Shown here piece after piece: positions 52,141 through 61,848 of a DNA stretch of 64,000 bases (position 1 is the stretch's first letter; every line of letters starts with the position of its first letter). The position numbers and the translations under genes are program-made. The notes beneath the pieces were generated by a model. That model did no database searches. It worked only from the letters and a program-made list of their open reading frames with translations, and was not told the DNA's origin. This DNA is from Geminocystis sp. GBBB08 (GTDB taxonomy: Bacteria > Cyanobacteriota > Cyanobacteriia > Cyanobacteriales > Cyanobacteriaceae). Where the stretch lies: positions 8,222 to 72,221 of the forward strand of contig NZ_VRZC01000003.1 of assembly GCF_016743215.1 (NCBI RefSeq), in the 5' to 3' direction.

Positions 52141-53829
52141 TCATCCAGCTAATTGGAAACCCTCTGCGATCGCACCTAAAGCTAATACAGGAAAAAACGT
52201 CAATGCACCTAATATCAAAATCACACCTGCGGTTATACTGGTAAATAAAACTGTATCTGTCCGTAATGTACCAGAAGTTAAAGGTACTGGTTGTTTCCGT
52301 GACATATTATCGGCTAACAGCAATAAGGCAATTATCGGTACATATCTACCCAATATTAAGCTAAAAGTTGCACTAAGATTCCACCAAAGGGTATTATCTC
52401 CCAATCCTTCCAAGCCTGAACCGTTATTAGCAGCGGCGGAAGCATATTCAAATACGACTTGAGACAAGCCATGAAAGCCGGGGTTACTTATTCCGGCTAA
52501 GGTTTCGGGAAAGGCTAAGGTGATGGCACTGGGGATTAAAATAGCGATGGGATGCACTAATAAAATCACACTGGCTAAGACGATTTCAGGTTTTTCGATT
52601 TTTCGTCCTAAAAATTCGGGTGTCCTTCCTACCATTAATCCTGTCAAAAATACTGTTAAAATCAGGTAAATAAAGATGTAAGCCGTACCTGTACCTTGTC
52701 CTCCCCATATTATCTGTAAAAATAGGTTAAACATGGTACTAAATCCCCCCGTAGGCATTAAGGAGTCTAACATTCCATTGACTGCACCGCACATTGTACT
52801 AGTTGTCATCACTGCCCATAAGGCGGTTTGACTCCATCCAAATCTGACTTCTTTCCCTTCTAAATTTGGTTGGCTTTCTCCTAAAAGGTTATTATTAACA
52901 AGAGGATTACCGTGATATTCTCCTACTGCGGTTATTATAATCAAAAAGGCAAATATACTAAATATCATCCAATATATTAACCATGCTTGACGTTTATTGT
53001 TGGCAAATATTCCATAGGTATAAATCAAAGAGGTGGGAATACTCATCATCGCTAATATTGCCACTAGGTTAGAGAAAGGGTTGGGATTTTCGTAAGGGTG
53101 TGCTGAGTTAATGCCAAAAAAACCGCCTCCATTTTCCCCTAATTGTTTTATTATCTCAAAATGAGCGACAGGTCCAACAGCTATTACTTGATTTGCTCCT
53201 TCTAAGGTTGTTACTGTCACTGGTGGAAATAAGGTTTCGGGTACTCCTGATATAAGTAGCACGATCGCCCCTACTATAGATATAGGTAATAAAATCCGAG
53301 TAATAGCTAAGGTTAAATCCACATAAAAATTGCCTAATCTTTGCCCTGTTAAACCTCGAATGAATGCGATCGCCACCGCTAACCCCGTACCAGCCGAGGT
53401 AAACATTAAAAACCCTAAAGCTAAGACTTGAGAAGTATAACTCAAAGTAGTTTCCCCTGAATAATGTTGTTGATCAGTATTAGTGAGAAAAGATATAGTA
53501 GTATGTAAAGCTAAATGCCAACTAGGTGCAGATAAATTAGTGGGATTAAGGGGTAAAAATCCCTGAGTCATAAGGATTAGATAAACTAAAATACCCATAA
53601 CTAAGTTACTGGCGATGACATCCTTGACATACTGTAAACCAGTGCTGTTAGTTGCTTCGAGCATTCGTAACCCAAATAAAGGATATAACCGACTCTCTAT
53701 GGGTTTTAATAAATAGTCAAGAAAAGTCTGTTTTCCTAAAAATACACGAGCCATATAATTACCCAGTAAGGGAGTGATGATCACCACTAACACAAGGGTT
53801 AAAATAATTTGTAAAAATCCTTGCCCCAT
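52141..53829 (-). CDS. kdpA: K+-transporting ATPase subunit A
   Basis: [35 protein letters not shown] and SAAANNGSG. Confidence 0.97.
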   Translation of the reverse strand: MGQGFLQIILTLVLVVIITPLLGNYMARVFLGKQTFLDYLLKPIESRLYPLFGLRMLEATNSTGLQYVKDVIASNLVMGILVYLILMTQGFLPLNPTNLSAPSWHLALHTTISFLTNTDQQHYSGETTLSYTSQVLALGFLMFTSAGTGLAVAIAFIRGLTGQRLGNFYVDLTLAITRILLPISIVGAIVLLISGVPETLFPPVTVTTLEGANQVIAVGPVAHFEIIKQLGENGGGFFGINSAHPYENPNPFSNLVAILAMMSIPTSLIYTYGIFANNKRQAWLIYWMIFSIFAFLIIITAVGEYHGNPLVNNNLLGESQPNLEGKEVRFGWSQTALWAVMTTSTMCGAVNGMLDSLMPTGGFSTMFNLFLQIIWGGQGTGTAYIFIYLILTVFLTGLMVGRTPEFLGRKIEKPEIVLASVILLVHPIAILIPSAITLAFPETLAGISNPGFHGLSQVVFEYASAAANNGSGLEGLGDNTLWWNLSATFSLILGRYVPIIALLLLADNMSRKQPVPLTSGTLRTDTVLFTSITAGVILILGALTFFPVLALGAIAEGFQLAG

Positions 53830-54010
53830 AAGTTAAGAAAAATAAAATTCATTAACTAAATCTTAAAAAACTTAACTCCAAAAGTCTCTAAACAAACGTA
53901 TAACTTTGCGTTTATTTTTTCTAAACATTTATCTAAACAGTCTCAAATTTTACCTAAATTAAATAATCAATGTGAAAGTTTTTTGAAACTTAATTATTTA
54001 AAATGATTCC

Positions 54011-54024
54011 GTATTTAAAGATAC
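54011..54024 (+). promoter_or_regulatory. NtcA box upstream of amt
   Basis: GTA-TTTAAAGA-TAC; TATAAT at 54049, 24 nt downstream (canonical spacing is 22-23). Confidence 0.7.
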
Positions 54025-54078
54025 ATAATTATTCTGTATAAGTTTGCCTATAATTACTTGTTAACATAAAAAAAAACA

Positions 54079-55449
54079 ATGAAACAAATAGCCTTTTTTC
54101 CTTTACTGGTTATTCTTTTCCTCTTAATTTTAGCTTATCCTTTAGAACCAGCATTAGCTGGAGAATTAGAAGATGCGATCGCTAATGCTCAAATATCTGC
54201 TGACACCACATGGATGTTAGTATCTACTGGTTTAGTGATGCTAATGACACCGGCTTTGGCGTTTTTCTATGGTGGGTTTGTCGCTAAACGTAACATTCTC
54301 AATACCTTAATGATGAGCTTTCTTTTGATGGGTGTAGTCGGTGTTATTTGGGTTTTATTTGGTTACAGTCTTGCTTTTGCTCCTGGATCGCCTTTTATTG
54401 GCGGTTTAGAATGGTCATTTTTAAACAATGTAGGACTTGAAACTACTGATTATTTAGTAGGAACAGAACCAGCTGAGGTAGTATCTTATGCTCCAACAGT
54501 TCCTCATGAAGCCTTTATGATTTATCAAGGAATGTTTGCTGTCATTACTCCGGCTTTAATTTCTGGTGCGATTGTAGAGAGAGTTGGTTTTAAGGCTTAT
54601 ACATGGTTTGTCATATTATGGTTAATTGTTGTCTATTGTCCTATGGCTCACATGGTATGGGCTAAAGGCGGTTTATTAGGCTTATATGGTGGCATAGGAG
54701 CGTTAGATTTTGCTGGGGGAGCAGTAGTGCATATTACATCTGGTGCTTCTGCCCTTGTTTTGGCTATTTTAATTGGAAAACGTACCACTTATCCTGAACG
54801 TACTTCTCCACCGAATAATGTACCTTTTATTCTTTTAGGTGCTGGATTATTATGGTTTGGTTGGTTCGGATTTAATGGTGGTAGTGCTTTAGCATCTGGT
54901 CCATTAGCAGTAGCCGCAGTTGTTACTACTAACACATCCGCCGCCGCCGCAATGGTAACATGGCTTCTATTAGAACAGTTTTTGCGTGGTAAACCAACAG
55001 CAGTGGGTGCGGCAACTGGAGCTGTGGCCGGTTTAGTCGGAATTACTCCCGCCGCAGGTTTTGTGACTCCCATTGGTGCAATTCTGATTGGTAGTATTAC
55101 GGCAGTTTGTTGTTTCTTTGCTATTAGTTTAAAAGTAAAATTAGGTATTGACGATGCCCTAGATACTTTTCCTGTTCACGGAATAGGGGGAACAGTAGGA
55201 GCTATTCTTACAGGAGTATTTGCTACCACTGAAGTTAATGCTGCCGGAAAAGATGGTTTGATAACGGGTAATCCACAACAAGTTTTAATTCAAATAGCGT
55301 CTGTTATAGTTGCTTATGTGATTGCTATTGTTGGTACTTTTATTATTTTTCAAATCATTAAAGCAATTATGCCTTGGCGAGTTACTGATGAAGATGAGTT
55401 TCAAGGTATTGATATTAAAGAACATGGTGAAGAGGCTTACGGAGAATAA
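54079..55449 (+). CDS. amt: Ammonium transporter
   Basis: LMTPALAFFYGG, YQGMFAVIT, DFAGGAVVH, LWFGWFGFNGGS and DDALDTFPVHG. Confidence 0.96.
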   Translation: MKQIAFFPLLVILFLLILAYPLEPALAGELEDAIANAQISADTTWMLVSTGLVMLMTPALAFFYGGFVAKRNILNTLMMSFLLMGVVGVIWVLFGYSLAFAPGSPFIGGLEWSFLNNVGLETTDYLVGTEPAEVVSYAPTVPHEAFMIYQGMFAVITPALISGAIVERVGFKAYTWFVILWLIVVYCPMAHMVWAKGGLLGLYGGIGALDFAGGAVVHITSGASALVLAILIGKRTTYPERTSPPNNVPFILLGAGLLWFGWFGFNGGSALASGPLAVAAVVTTNTSAAAAMVTWLLLEQFLRGKPTAVGAATGAVAGLVGITPAAGFVTPIGAILIGSITAVCCFFAISLKVKLGIDDALDTFPVHGIGGTVGAILTGVFATTEVNAAGKDGLITGNPQQVLIQIASVIVAYVIAIVGTFIIFQIIKAIMPWRVTDEDEFQGIDIKEHGEEAYGE

Positions 55450-55557
55450 ATTAACGCTATTCTTTGTCTGTAATTAATAACTAACTGTTGAAGAATACAA
55501 AACAGCAAATCACGGAGAAGAAGTTTTAAACTCAAACCTTAATCCGTGATTATCAGT

Positions 55558-55625
55558 TAATTTGTATTAATCAGAAAAGAAATTGCAGTATGTAAAGCTA
55601 AATCCCAACTAGGTGCAGATAAATT
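55558..55625 (-). pseudogene. Short relic of a second kdpA copy
   Basis: 55587..55625 matches kdpA 53500..53538 at 38 of 39 positions; translates NLSAPSWDLALHTAISFLINTN-stop. Confidence 0.8.
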
Positions 55626-55662
55626 TATACTTAAAATATTTATTTATCTTTTTTTACTCAAA

Positions 55663-56991
55663 ATGTCTTCTCTTGCTATCGAAATTTTCATGATTCTTTT
55701 ATTAACTTTTGCTAATGGCATTTTTTCAGGTTCTGAAATTGCTGTGGTATCCGCTCGAAAAGTCCGATTAGAGCAGTTAGCTGAACGTGGCGATCGCAAT
55801 GCAAGAGTCGCTCTTAAATTAGCAAATAATCCCAATGATTTTCTCTCTACGGTACAAATTGGTATTACTTTGATTGGAATTTTGAGTGGTGCAGTAGGGG
55901 GTGCAACCCTAGCCCAAAGGTTAAAACCTGTCTTTGATGGTATCCCTATTTTACAGCCCTATAGTCAAGGCATTAGTGTTGGTATTGTTGTTACCATTAT
56001 CACTTACCTATCTCTTGTTATTGGTGAATTAGTGCCAAAAAGAGTTGCCCTTAACGCACCCGAACAAATTGCCTGTTTCATTGCCCCTCCCATGGGATTT
56101 CTTTCTCGTTTAACAACTCCTTTAGTGAATATTTTAGGTATCTCAACGGATACTCTCCTCAATTTATTGGGTATTAAGGCTTCTGATGAACCTGATCTCA
56201 CAGAAGAAGAAATCAAAGTATTAATTAGACAAGGGGCAGAATCAGGGATGTTTGAAGAAACAGAACATGATATGGTAGAAAGAGTATTTCAGCTAGGCGA
56301 TCGCCCTATTAAAGCCATGATGACACCTCGCCTCGATGTGGTTTGGTTAGATATTGAATCATCCCTAGAAGAAAATTTACAAGAAGTAATCAATAATAGT
56401 TATTCTCGTTTTCCAGTGGGGGAAGGTAGTTTAGATAATTGTGTAGGAGTGATTAGAACAAGAGATCTACTAACTACCCAACTTTTGGGAGAAGAAATCG
56501 ATTTACGCAAGATTATGAAACCACCTTTTTATATCCCCGAAAATGCTCGTACTCTTAGTGTAATCGAAGAATTTAAAAGAACTGGGATTCATATTGCCTT
56601 AGTAACCGATGAATATGGAGGTATTGAAGGCTTAGTTACCCTCAATGATTTAATGGAAGCCATAGTAGGAGATATACCATCTTTAGATCACTACGAAGAA
56701 CCTTTAATCATTCAAAGGGAAGACGGTTCATGGTTATTAGATGGTGGGCTTGACATCAATGAGTTAAAAGATTTATTTGATCTGGAATCTTTACCCGATG
56801 AAAATACTGATCGTTTCCACACCATCGGAGGATTGATGATGTATTGTTTAGGTCATGTACCACAATCAGGGGAATATTTTGAACAAGAAGGATTGCGTTT
56901 TGAAGTTGTTGACATGGATGGCACTAGAGTTGATAAAGTTCTAGTTTCCCCATACTCAAGACCAAATAAAGATGCTGATCAGATGCAATAA
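55663..56991 (+). CDS. Hemolysin-family CNNM/CBS/CorC_HlyC protein
   Basis: EIAVVSARK, FLSTVQIGIT, GELVPK, YSRFPV and DEYGGIEGLVT. Confidence 0.93.
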   Translation: MSSLAIEIFMILLLTFANGIFSGSEIAVVSARKVRLEQLAERGDRNARVALKLANNPNDFLSTVQIGITLIGILSGAVGGATLAQRLKPVFDGIPILQPYSQGISVGIVVTIITYLSLVIGELVPKRVALNAPEQIACFIAPPMGFLSRLTTPLVNILGISTDTLLNLLGIKASDEPDLTEEEIKVLIRQGAESGMFEETEHDMVERVFQLGDRPIKAMMTPRLDVVWLDIESSLEENLQEVINNSYSRFPVGEGSLDNCVGVIRTRDLLTTQLLGEEIDLRKIMKPPFYIPENARTLSVIEEFKRTGIHIALVTDEYGGIEGLVTLNDLMEAIVGDIPSLDHYEEPLIIQREDGSWLLDGGLDINELKDLFDLESLPDENTDRFHTIGGLMMYCLGHVPQSGEYFEQEGLRFEVVDMDGTRVDKVLVSPYSRPNKDADQMQ

Positions 56992-57047
56992 TATTAAACT
57001 TGATTCAGATTAATGATTACTAAAATTAAGAGGATATTTTATCTGTT

Positions 57048-57647
57048 ATGACTGAATGGATTATAAATACAATGAATTCTTTGGGATATGTGGGAATCGC
57101 TTTATTAATGTTTTCAGAGAATTTATTTCCGCCGATTCCCTCGGAATTAATCATGCCGTTAGCAGGTTTTTCCGTGTCTCAAGGGCAAATGGGATTAGTT
57201 CCTGCGATCGCATCTGGAGTCATTGGCACAATTTTAGGAGCTTTTCCTTGGTATTATTTAGGACGAATTTTTGATGAATCAAAATTAGAAAAATTAGCCA
57301 ACCAATACGGAAAATGGATTTTTGTTTCTGGGGGTGATATTCAAAAAGCCAATAAATGGTTCAACCGATACGGAAATATAGCTGTGTTATTGGGAAGATT
57401 AGTACCTGGGGTGAGAACATTAATTTCTCTTCCAGCGGGAATCAATAATATGAAAATGAGTTCTTTTATAATTTATTCTACTATTGGAACATTAATTTGG
57501 ATTTCATTATTAACAACTGCCGGTTATCTCTTGGGTGAAAATTATACTTTAATAGAAAAATATATAGCACCCATATCTAAAATAGCCTTATTAAGCATTG
57601 GATTTTTATTTGTCATTTGGGTAATCAGAAAACAAATGAAAAAATAA
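57048..57647 (+). CDS. DedA family membrane protein
   Basis: ENLFPPIPSELIMPLAG and GRLVPGVRTLISLPAG. Confidence 0.93.
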   Translation: MTEWIINTMNSLGYVGIALLMFSENLFPPIPSELIMPLAGFSVSQGQMGLVPAIASGVIGTILGAFPWYYLGRIFDESKLEKLANQYGKWIFVSGGDIQKANKWFNRYGNIAVLLGRLVPGVRTLISLPAGINNMKMSSFIIYSTIGTLIWISLLTTAGYLLGENYTLIEKYIAPISKIALLSIGFLFVIWVIRKQMKK

Positions 57648-57719
57648 ATATTCCTTATGTCAAACTATGCAACCAACCTTAAAACCCTTTGCGTCTTTGC
57701 GAGAGAAAAACCTCCCCCA

Positions 57720-59636
57720 TTAGTTAAAATTATCCTCTATTTCTTCTGAGTTAATTTCATTACTGTAATTTGATTGAGCAGTAAAATGAGAATCTGACAG
57801 GGAATCAATTAATTTATTACCCCAATCGCTCAATTTTGGATTTTTTAACATCTGACTAATAAGAGCGATCGCACTGGTTGCCATCACTAATTTAGTGGCT
57901 TCTCCTGCATCCTGTCCATTTTGATTACCTCCGGCTAAAATAATGGGATTACTACCTAAAACACCGGGTTGAGGTGCTAAAGCGGAGACAACTTCGGGCA
58001 ATACTTGAATAAATTGTCCCATATATTCTTCTGCTAATTGAATGGTAATTGCTTTAGTTGATAGAGTATTTTGAGCTTCAATCATTGCTTTTTCCCCTTG
58101 GGCTTTTTTCAATGCCTCTTCTAAACTAGCCTCCGCCTGAGTTTTGATTGCTTCCGCTTTTTCAAGGGCGATCGCTTTTTCCACTTCTGCCTCTAAGCGT
58201 TTTTGCTCTAAATCCCCCTGTTTAGCAATTAAAGCCGTCTCTTTATTACGTTGTGCGGTAATTAAAGCTAATTCTTTCACCCGATTTTCTTCCCCTGTTT
58301 TGATAGCCGTTTCTTTCAATACTTCTGCCATCGCAACTTCTTTTTGTTTTTCAATCAAGGCTTTTTCAGCTAAAGCTAATTCCTGATTTTTCTGTCTTAA
58401 GGCAACTTCTTTGCCTATTTCCGCTTGTTGTATAGCGACTTGTTTTTCAATATCTTTTTCTTTTAAGGCTTGTTGAGTAAGAATTTGTTGAGTTTTTAAA
58501 TCTTGATCTTTTAGTGTAATCGCAATTTGTCGATCGAGTTCAGTTTCTTGAATAGCCTGTTGTTGTTGAATTTCTTTTTCTTGTAATAATTGCTCACTAA
58601 TAATTTTACCCTCTTGAATTTCTTGAGCTTTTTGTACTTTAATTAACTCCTGTTTAGCTTGTTCAGTTTCCTTGATTTCCAAGACTTGACGGGCATTTTC
58701 TGCCTTTAATTGCTCCACTGCTAATGTATTTTGCAATTCTTTTTCAGTGAGAGAGCGTTCAGCCGCTAATTGTTTTTCCGTTTCCGTTAAGCGTAATTCC
58801 GCAATTTGAGTTTGTGTCTCTTGACGCACTTGCTCTAATTCCTTAAGATTTTTTTGGACGATAGATTCACGAGTTACAACCGCTTGAGAATCAAGATAAT
58901 TTTTCTCATCATAATCATTTAACTCATCAATATTAGTGATAGCAATATTTAATAACTCCAAGCCGAAACGCTCCAAATCGACTTTAACTTTTTCTCGCAG
59001 ATAAGTAGTAACAGTGTCAACTTTTCCTTGTAATTCACCTAAATTACTTTGTGCGGCCGCATCTCTCAAATGCCCTTCTAAAATATCATTAACACGGGTT
59101 TTGATCTCATTTTCCCCCACCAAAATTTCTTTTTCTCCCCGTTTACCAGCACCCAATAACATAGCCGCATTCAAAACGCTTTTTTCTTCAGGAAAGACAC
59201 GCACCTGTAAACTACCGTTAAAAATAGCCTTGAGTAAATCTTTGGTGCGTAAAGGTTTTTCTCTTGTATTACCTCGATTAATTGGTACAGTTACTTGATT
59301 TAGAGACACAATAGTAATAGTTTCAAAGCCCGGGAAGAAAAGAGCAGCCCGTGTAATTACTTGCTTATTACGAACAGGTCCAGAAATAACAAAGGCTTCG
59401 TTAGTATTGCAAACTCGATAAAACTTAGCAAATAGTAGGTAAGTAAAAATAACGAGAACAATTAAACCACCACCAAAAATTCCTACAGGTAATAGCCAAT
59501 TTAGAGAATTATTATTATAAGAATTAGTTTGAGCTAAAACGGGAGGATTAGGGGAAACAGCGATAATTTGTTGGGGAGAATTGATTTGAGATAAGAGAGT
59601 TAATTGTATTTTGGGATTCATAATATTTATCTCCAA
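57720..59636 (-). CDS. Flotillin/SPFH domain protein
   Basis: N-terminal TM, NEAFVISG SPFH region and long EA-rich coiled coil. Confidence 0.85.
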   Translation of the reverse strand: MEINIMNPKIQLTLLSQINSPQQIIAVSPNPPVLAQTNSYNNNSLNWLLPVGIFGGGLIVLVIFTYLLFAKFYRVCNTNEAFVISGPVRNKQVITRAALFFPGFETITIVSLNQVTVPINRGNTREKPLRTKDLLKAIFNGSLQVRVFPEEKSVLNAAMLLGAGKRGEKEILVGENEIKTRVNDILEGHLRDAAAQSNLGELQGKVDTVTTYLREKVKVDLERFGLELLNIAITNIDELNDYDEKNYLDSQAVVTRESIVQKNLKELEQVRQETQTQIAELRLTETEKQLAAERSLTEKELQNTLAVEQLKAENARQVLEIKETEQAKQELIKVQKAQEIQEGKIISEQLLQEKEIQQQQAIQETELDRQIAITLKDQDLKTQQILTQQALKEKDIEKQVAIQQAEIGKEVALRQKNQELALAEKALIEKQKEVAMAEVLKETAIKTGEENRVKELALITAQRNKETALIAKQGDLEQKRLEAEVEKAIALEKAEAIKTQAEASLEEALKKAQGEKAMIEAQNTLSTKAITIQLAEEYMGQFIQVLPEVVSALAPQPGVLGSNPIILAGGNQNGQDAGEATKLVMATSAIALISQMLKNPKLSDWGNKLIDSLSDSHFTAQSNYSNEINSEEIEDNFN

Positions 59637-59787
59637 TTAATCGAAAAAGAATCAATATTTTTTTGTAATTACATTATTAATTAAGTCAGGAAACCAAGTT
59701 AATGATAAATTTTATTTTCTTCAACCCTTTTTGATAACAAGATAGTTAATTTTTATTAATTTATATTACTAAATTGTAAATTTTTGG

Positions 59788-60477
59788 TTAATTTTCTTTG
59801 GGATTTAATAAATGATCGTGGGTAGAATGAGAGTTATTTAACTTTAAATGATCTATACTATTTAGTTTAACAACAGAATAATAATTTGGTTCAAGAAAAT
59901 CTACTAGATAAACTTTATTTCCTATGTGAAAATCTATGTCAATAGCCGGTGAATGAGGAAGGCAAAAAACATGAAGAGAAAATCTGCCAATTTCATCGTA
60001 AACAGAGACTTCTAAAATATCATTAGCTAAGATACGAGAAACTTCTCCTTCAATACCAATAAGACGTTCAGGAATTAATTGTACAGTATGAGTGCGAAGA
60101 ATTTGTCTTAAATTACCAACAATATCGATAAAAATAATAGTAGAAAAAAGACCAATAAAACGGACAGTTAAATAAGGAATAGGTAAAGAAGGATTAATAT
60201 TTAACCATAATAAACAAATAAGATTACCTGTTAAGCCAATAATACCAATGATAAAAGGATAAATGCCCAAGAGAAAGATTAAAGGTAGTTTTCCGATGCC
60301 AAAAAGAGAAAAAATAACACCAATTATAGGAATATTAAGAATAGATAATTTGCGGTTGATTTCTTCACCTAATAAATCAGGGGCTATGGCGGTAATAATT
60401 GCGATTAATAGCAATAAAAACCCCATAATTATTGCAAGTATAAATCCATAATTTACCGAATCAAAAATAATATTCAT
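59788..60477 (-). CDS. YqiJ/NfeD-like membrane protein with OB-fold
   Basis: GIGKLPLIFLL TM region, LIGIEGEV and VYDEIG OB-like region; upstream of flotillin. Confidence 0.6.
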   Translation of the reverse strand: MNIIFDSVNYGFILAIIMGFLLLLIAIITAIAPDLLGEEINRKLSILNIPIIGVIFSLFGIGKLPLIFLLGIYPFIIGIIGLTGNLICLLWLNINPSLPIPYLTVRFIGLFSTIIFIDIVGNLRQILRTHTVQLIPERLIGIEGEVSRILANDILEVSVYDEIGRFSLHVFCLPHSPAIDIDFHIGNKVYLVDFLEPNYYSVVKLNSIDHLKLNNSHSTHDHLLNPKEN

Positions 60478-60518
60478 AAAATTTAACTTCTATTATCTTT
60501 TATCTTAATCTAAAACTC

Positions 60519-61598
60519 ATGAACAAAACTTTTGCGTCTTTGCGCCTTTGCGAGAAAAAAAACCTTCTCATTATTTTCTTATTCATTATCGTTATCACCC
60601 TGGAATTTACCACTTCTCCAGCCTACGTCTTTGGATATCTTTACACTGGTGGAATTTTATTAGTCAATGTATTTTATGGAGGTAAAGCAACCTTAATCGC
60701 CACAATTATCTCCGTATTCCTCACCCTGCTTAACTTGTATGTGCATATCGGCACTGTTATTGAATTACCAACCCTTGCCAATCGGTTAATTACGACTCTC
60801 TCTTTAATCGTTACAGGATGGTTAAGTAACCGTAACCGCATCTATCAGCAAAAAATAGTCGAGCAACAAACTAAGCTACAATCTCAGGAAGAATTAGTCG
60901 GATTAAGACAGGATTTTGCTTCTACCCTCACCCACGACTTGAGAACACCCTTACTAGGTGCGATCGAAACCATCAAAGCCTTTCAGAATAAGCAATTTGG
61001 AGAGATTACTACCATTCAAGAAAAAGTCTTAGCTACTATGATTCGGTCTCATCAATCCAGTTTACAATTAGTGGATACCTTATTAGATGTGTATCGCAAT
61101 GACTTAGAAGGCTTAAATTTGAGACTATCTCCTTTAGATTTAACGGTTTTAGTGGAAGAAGTCGCTAACAGTTTGACTTCCTTAGCCTCAGCAAATCAGG
61201 TTTACCTTACCTTCAATTACGGTGATTCGGATTTTCGTCAATCTTTGTGGGTTAATGGGGATGCTTTTCAGTTAAAGCGAGTCTTGACAAATTTACTTAT
61301 CAATGCTGTTAATCATTCTCGACGGGGCGATCGCATCGAAATTATTTTATCTTCTCAAGGCAATGGGCTTAAGCCCCTTGTTAAAATATTAGACTATGGT
61401 TCGGGTATTAAACCAGAGGATTTTCCTTTTTTATTCGATCGATTTTACCAGTCTAACAGCGATCGACAAGCAAAAGGCACTGGTTTAGGTTTATATCTTT
61501 GTCGTCAAATTATTGAGGCTCACGGTGGTAAAATTTGGGCAGAAAATCATTCTCAAGGTGCTATTTTTAGTTTTTCTCTTCCTGTTTATCAAGGTTGA
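60519..61598 (+). CDS. Membrane sensor histidine kinase
   Basis: TM N-terminus; STLTHDLRTPL H-box, NLLINAVNHS N-box, DYGSGI and GTGLGLYLC. Confidence 0.93.
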   Translation: MNKTFASLRLCEKKNLLIIFLFIIVITLEFTTSPAYVFGYLYTGGILLVNVFYGGKATLIATIISVFLTLLNLYVHIGTVIELPTLANRLITTLSLIVTGWLSNRNRIYQQKIVEQQTKLQSQEELVGLRQDFASTLTHDLRTPLLGAIETIKAFQNKQFGEITTIQEKVLATMIRSHQSSLQLVDTLLDVYRNDLEGLNLRLSPLDLTVLVEEVANSLTSLASANQVYLTFNYGDSDFRQSLWVNGDAFQLKRVLTNLLINAVNHSRRGDRIEIILSSQGNGLKPLVKILDYGSGIKPEDFPFLFDRFYQSNSDRQAKGTGLGLYLCRQIIEAHGGKIWAENHSQGAIFSFSLPVYQG

Positions 61599-61848
61599 TT
61601 TTTCTCTCGCAAAGGTGCAAAGACGCATAGAAGGCACAAAGGAATAAGGTTAAGAGTTTATTACGGTATGTACCGTTTTATTCCGCATAAATGTATCAGA
61701 AAGACAAGACATGATTGAGAAATGCTATATTAGTTTTAGAAAGCCATAAATAAACACAGATAGGTATGAACCCAATATTTTATAGAAACTTATACAAAAA
61801 GCTCTATAAAATATCGTGGGCTTTGGCACTATCTAGCCACCTCATACC

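Larger units (their letters stand above)
39725..61643. repeat. Dispersed TCTCGCAAAGGCGCAAAG(N)CGCAAAG repeat, nine copies
   Basis: Copies at 39725(+), 42612(+), 44945(-), 45385(+), 48843(+), 49430(-), 57687(-, partial), 60531(-) and 61605(+). Confidence 0.85.

Noticed and set aside
822-60451. Many short ORFs antisense to or nested in clear genes (e.g. 822..1130, 8772..9056, 26418..26873, 33679..33867, 50858..51157, 54789..55073, 59014..59298)
   Set aside because: They are shadows of well-supported genes or of repeats and have no recognisable motifs.
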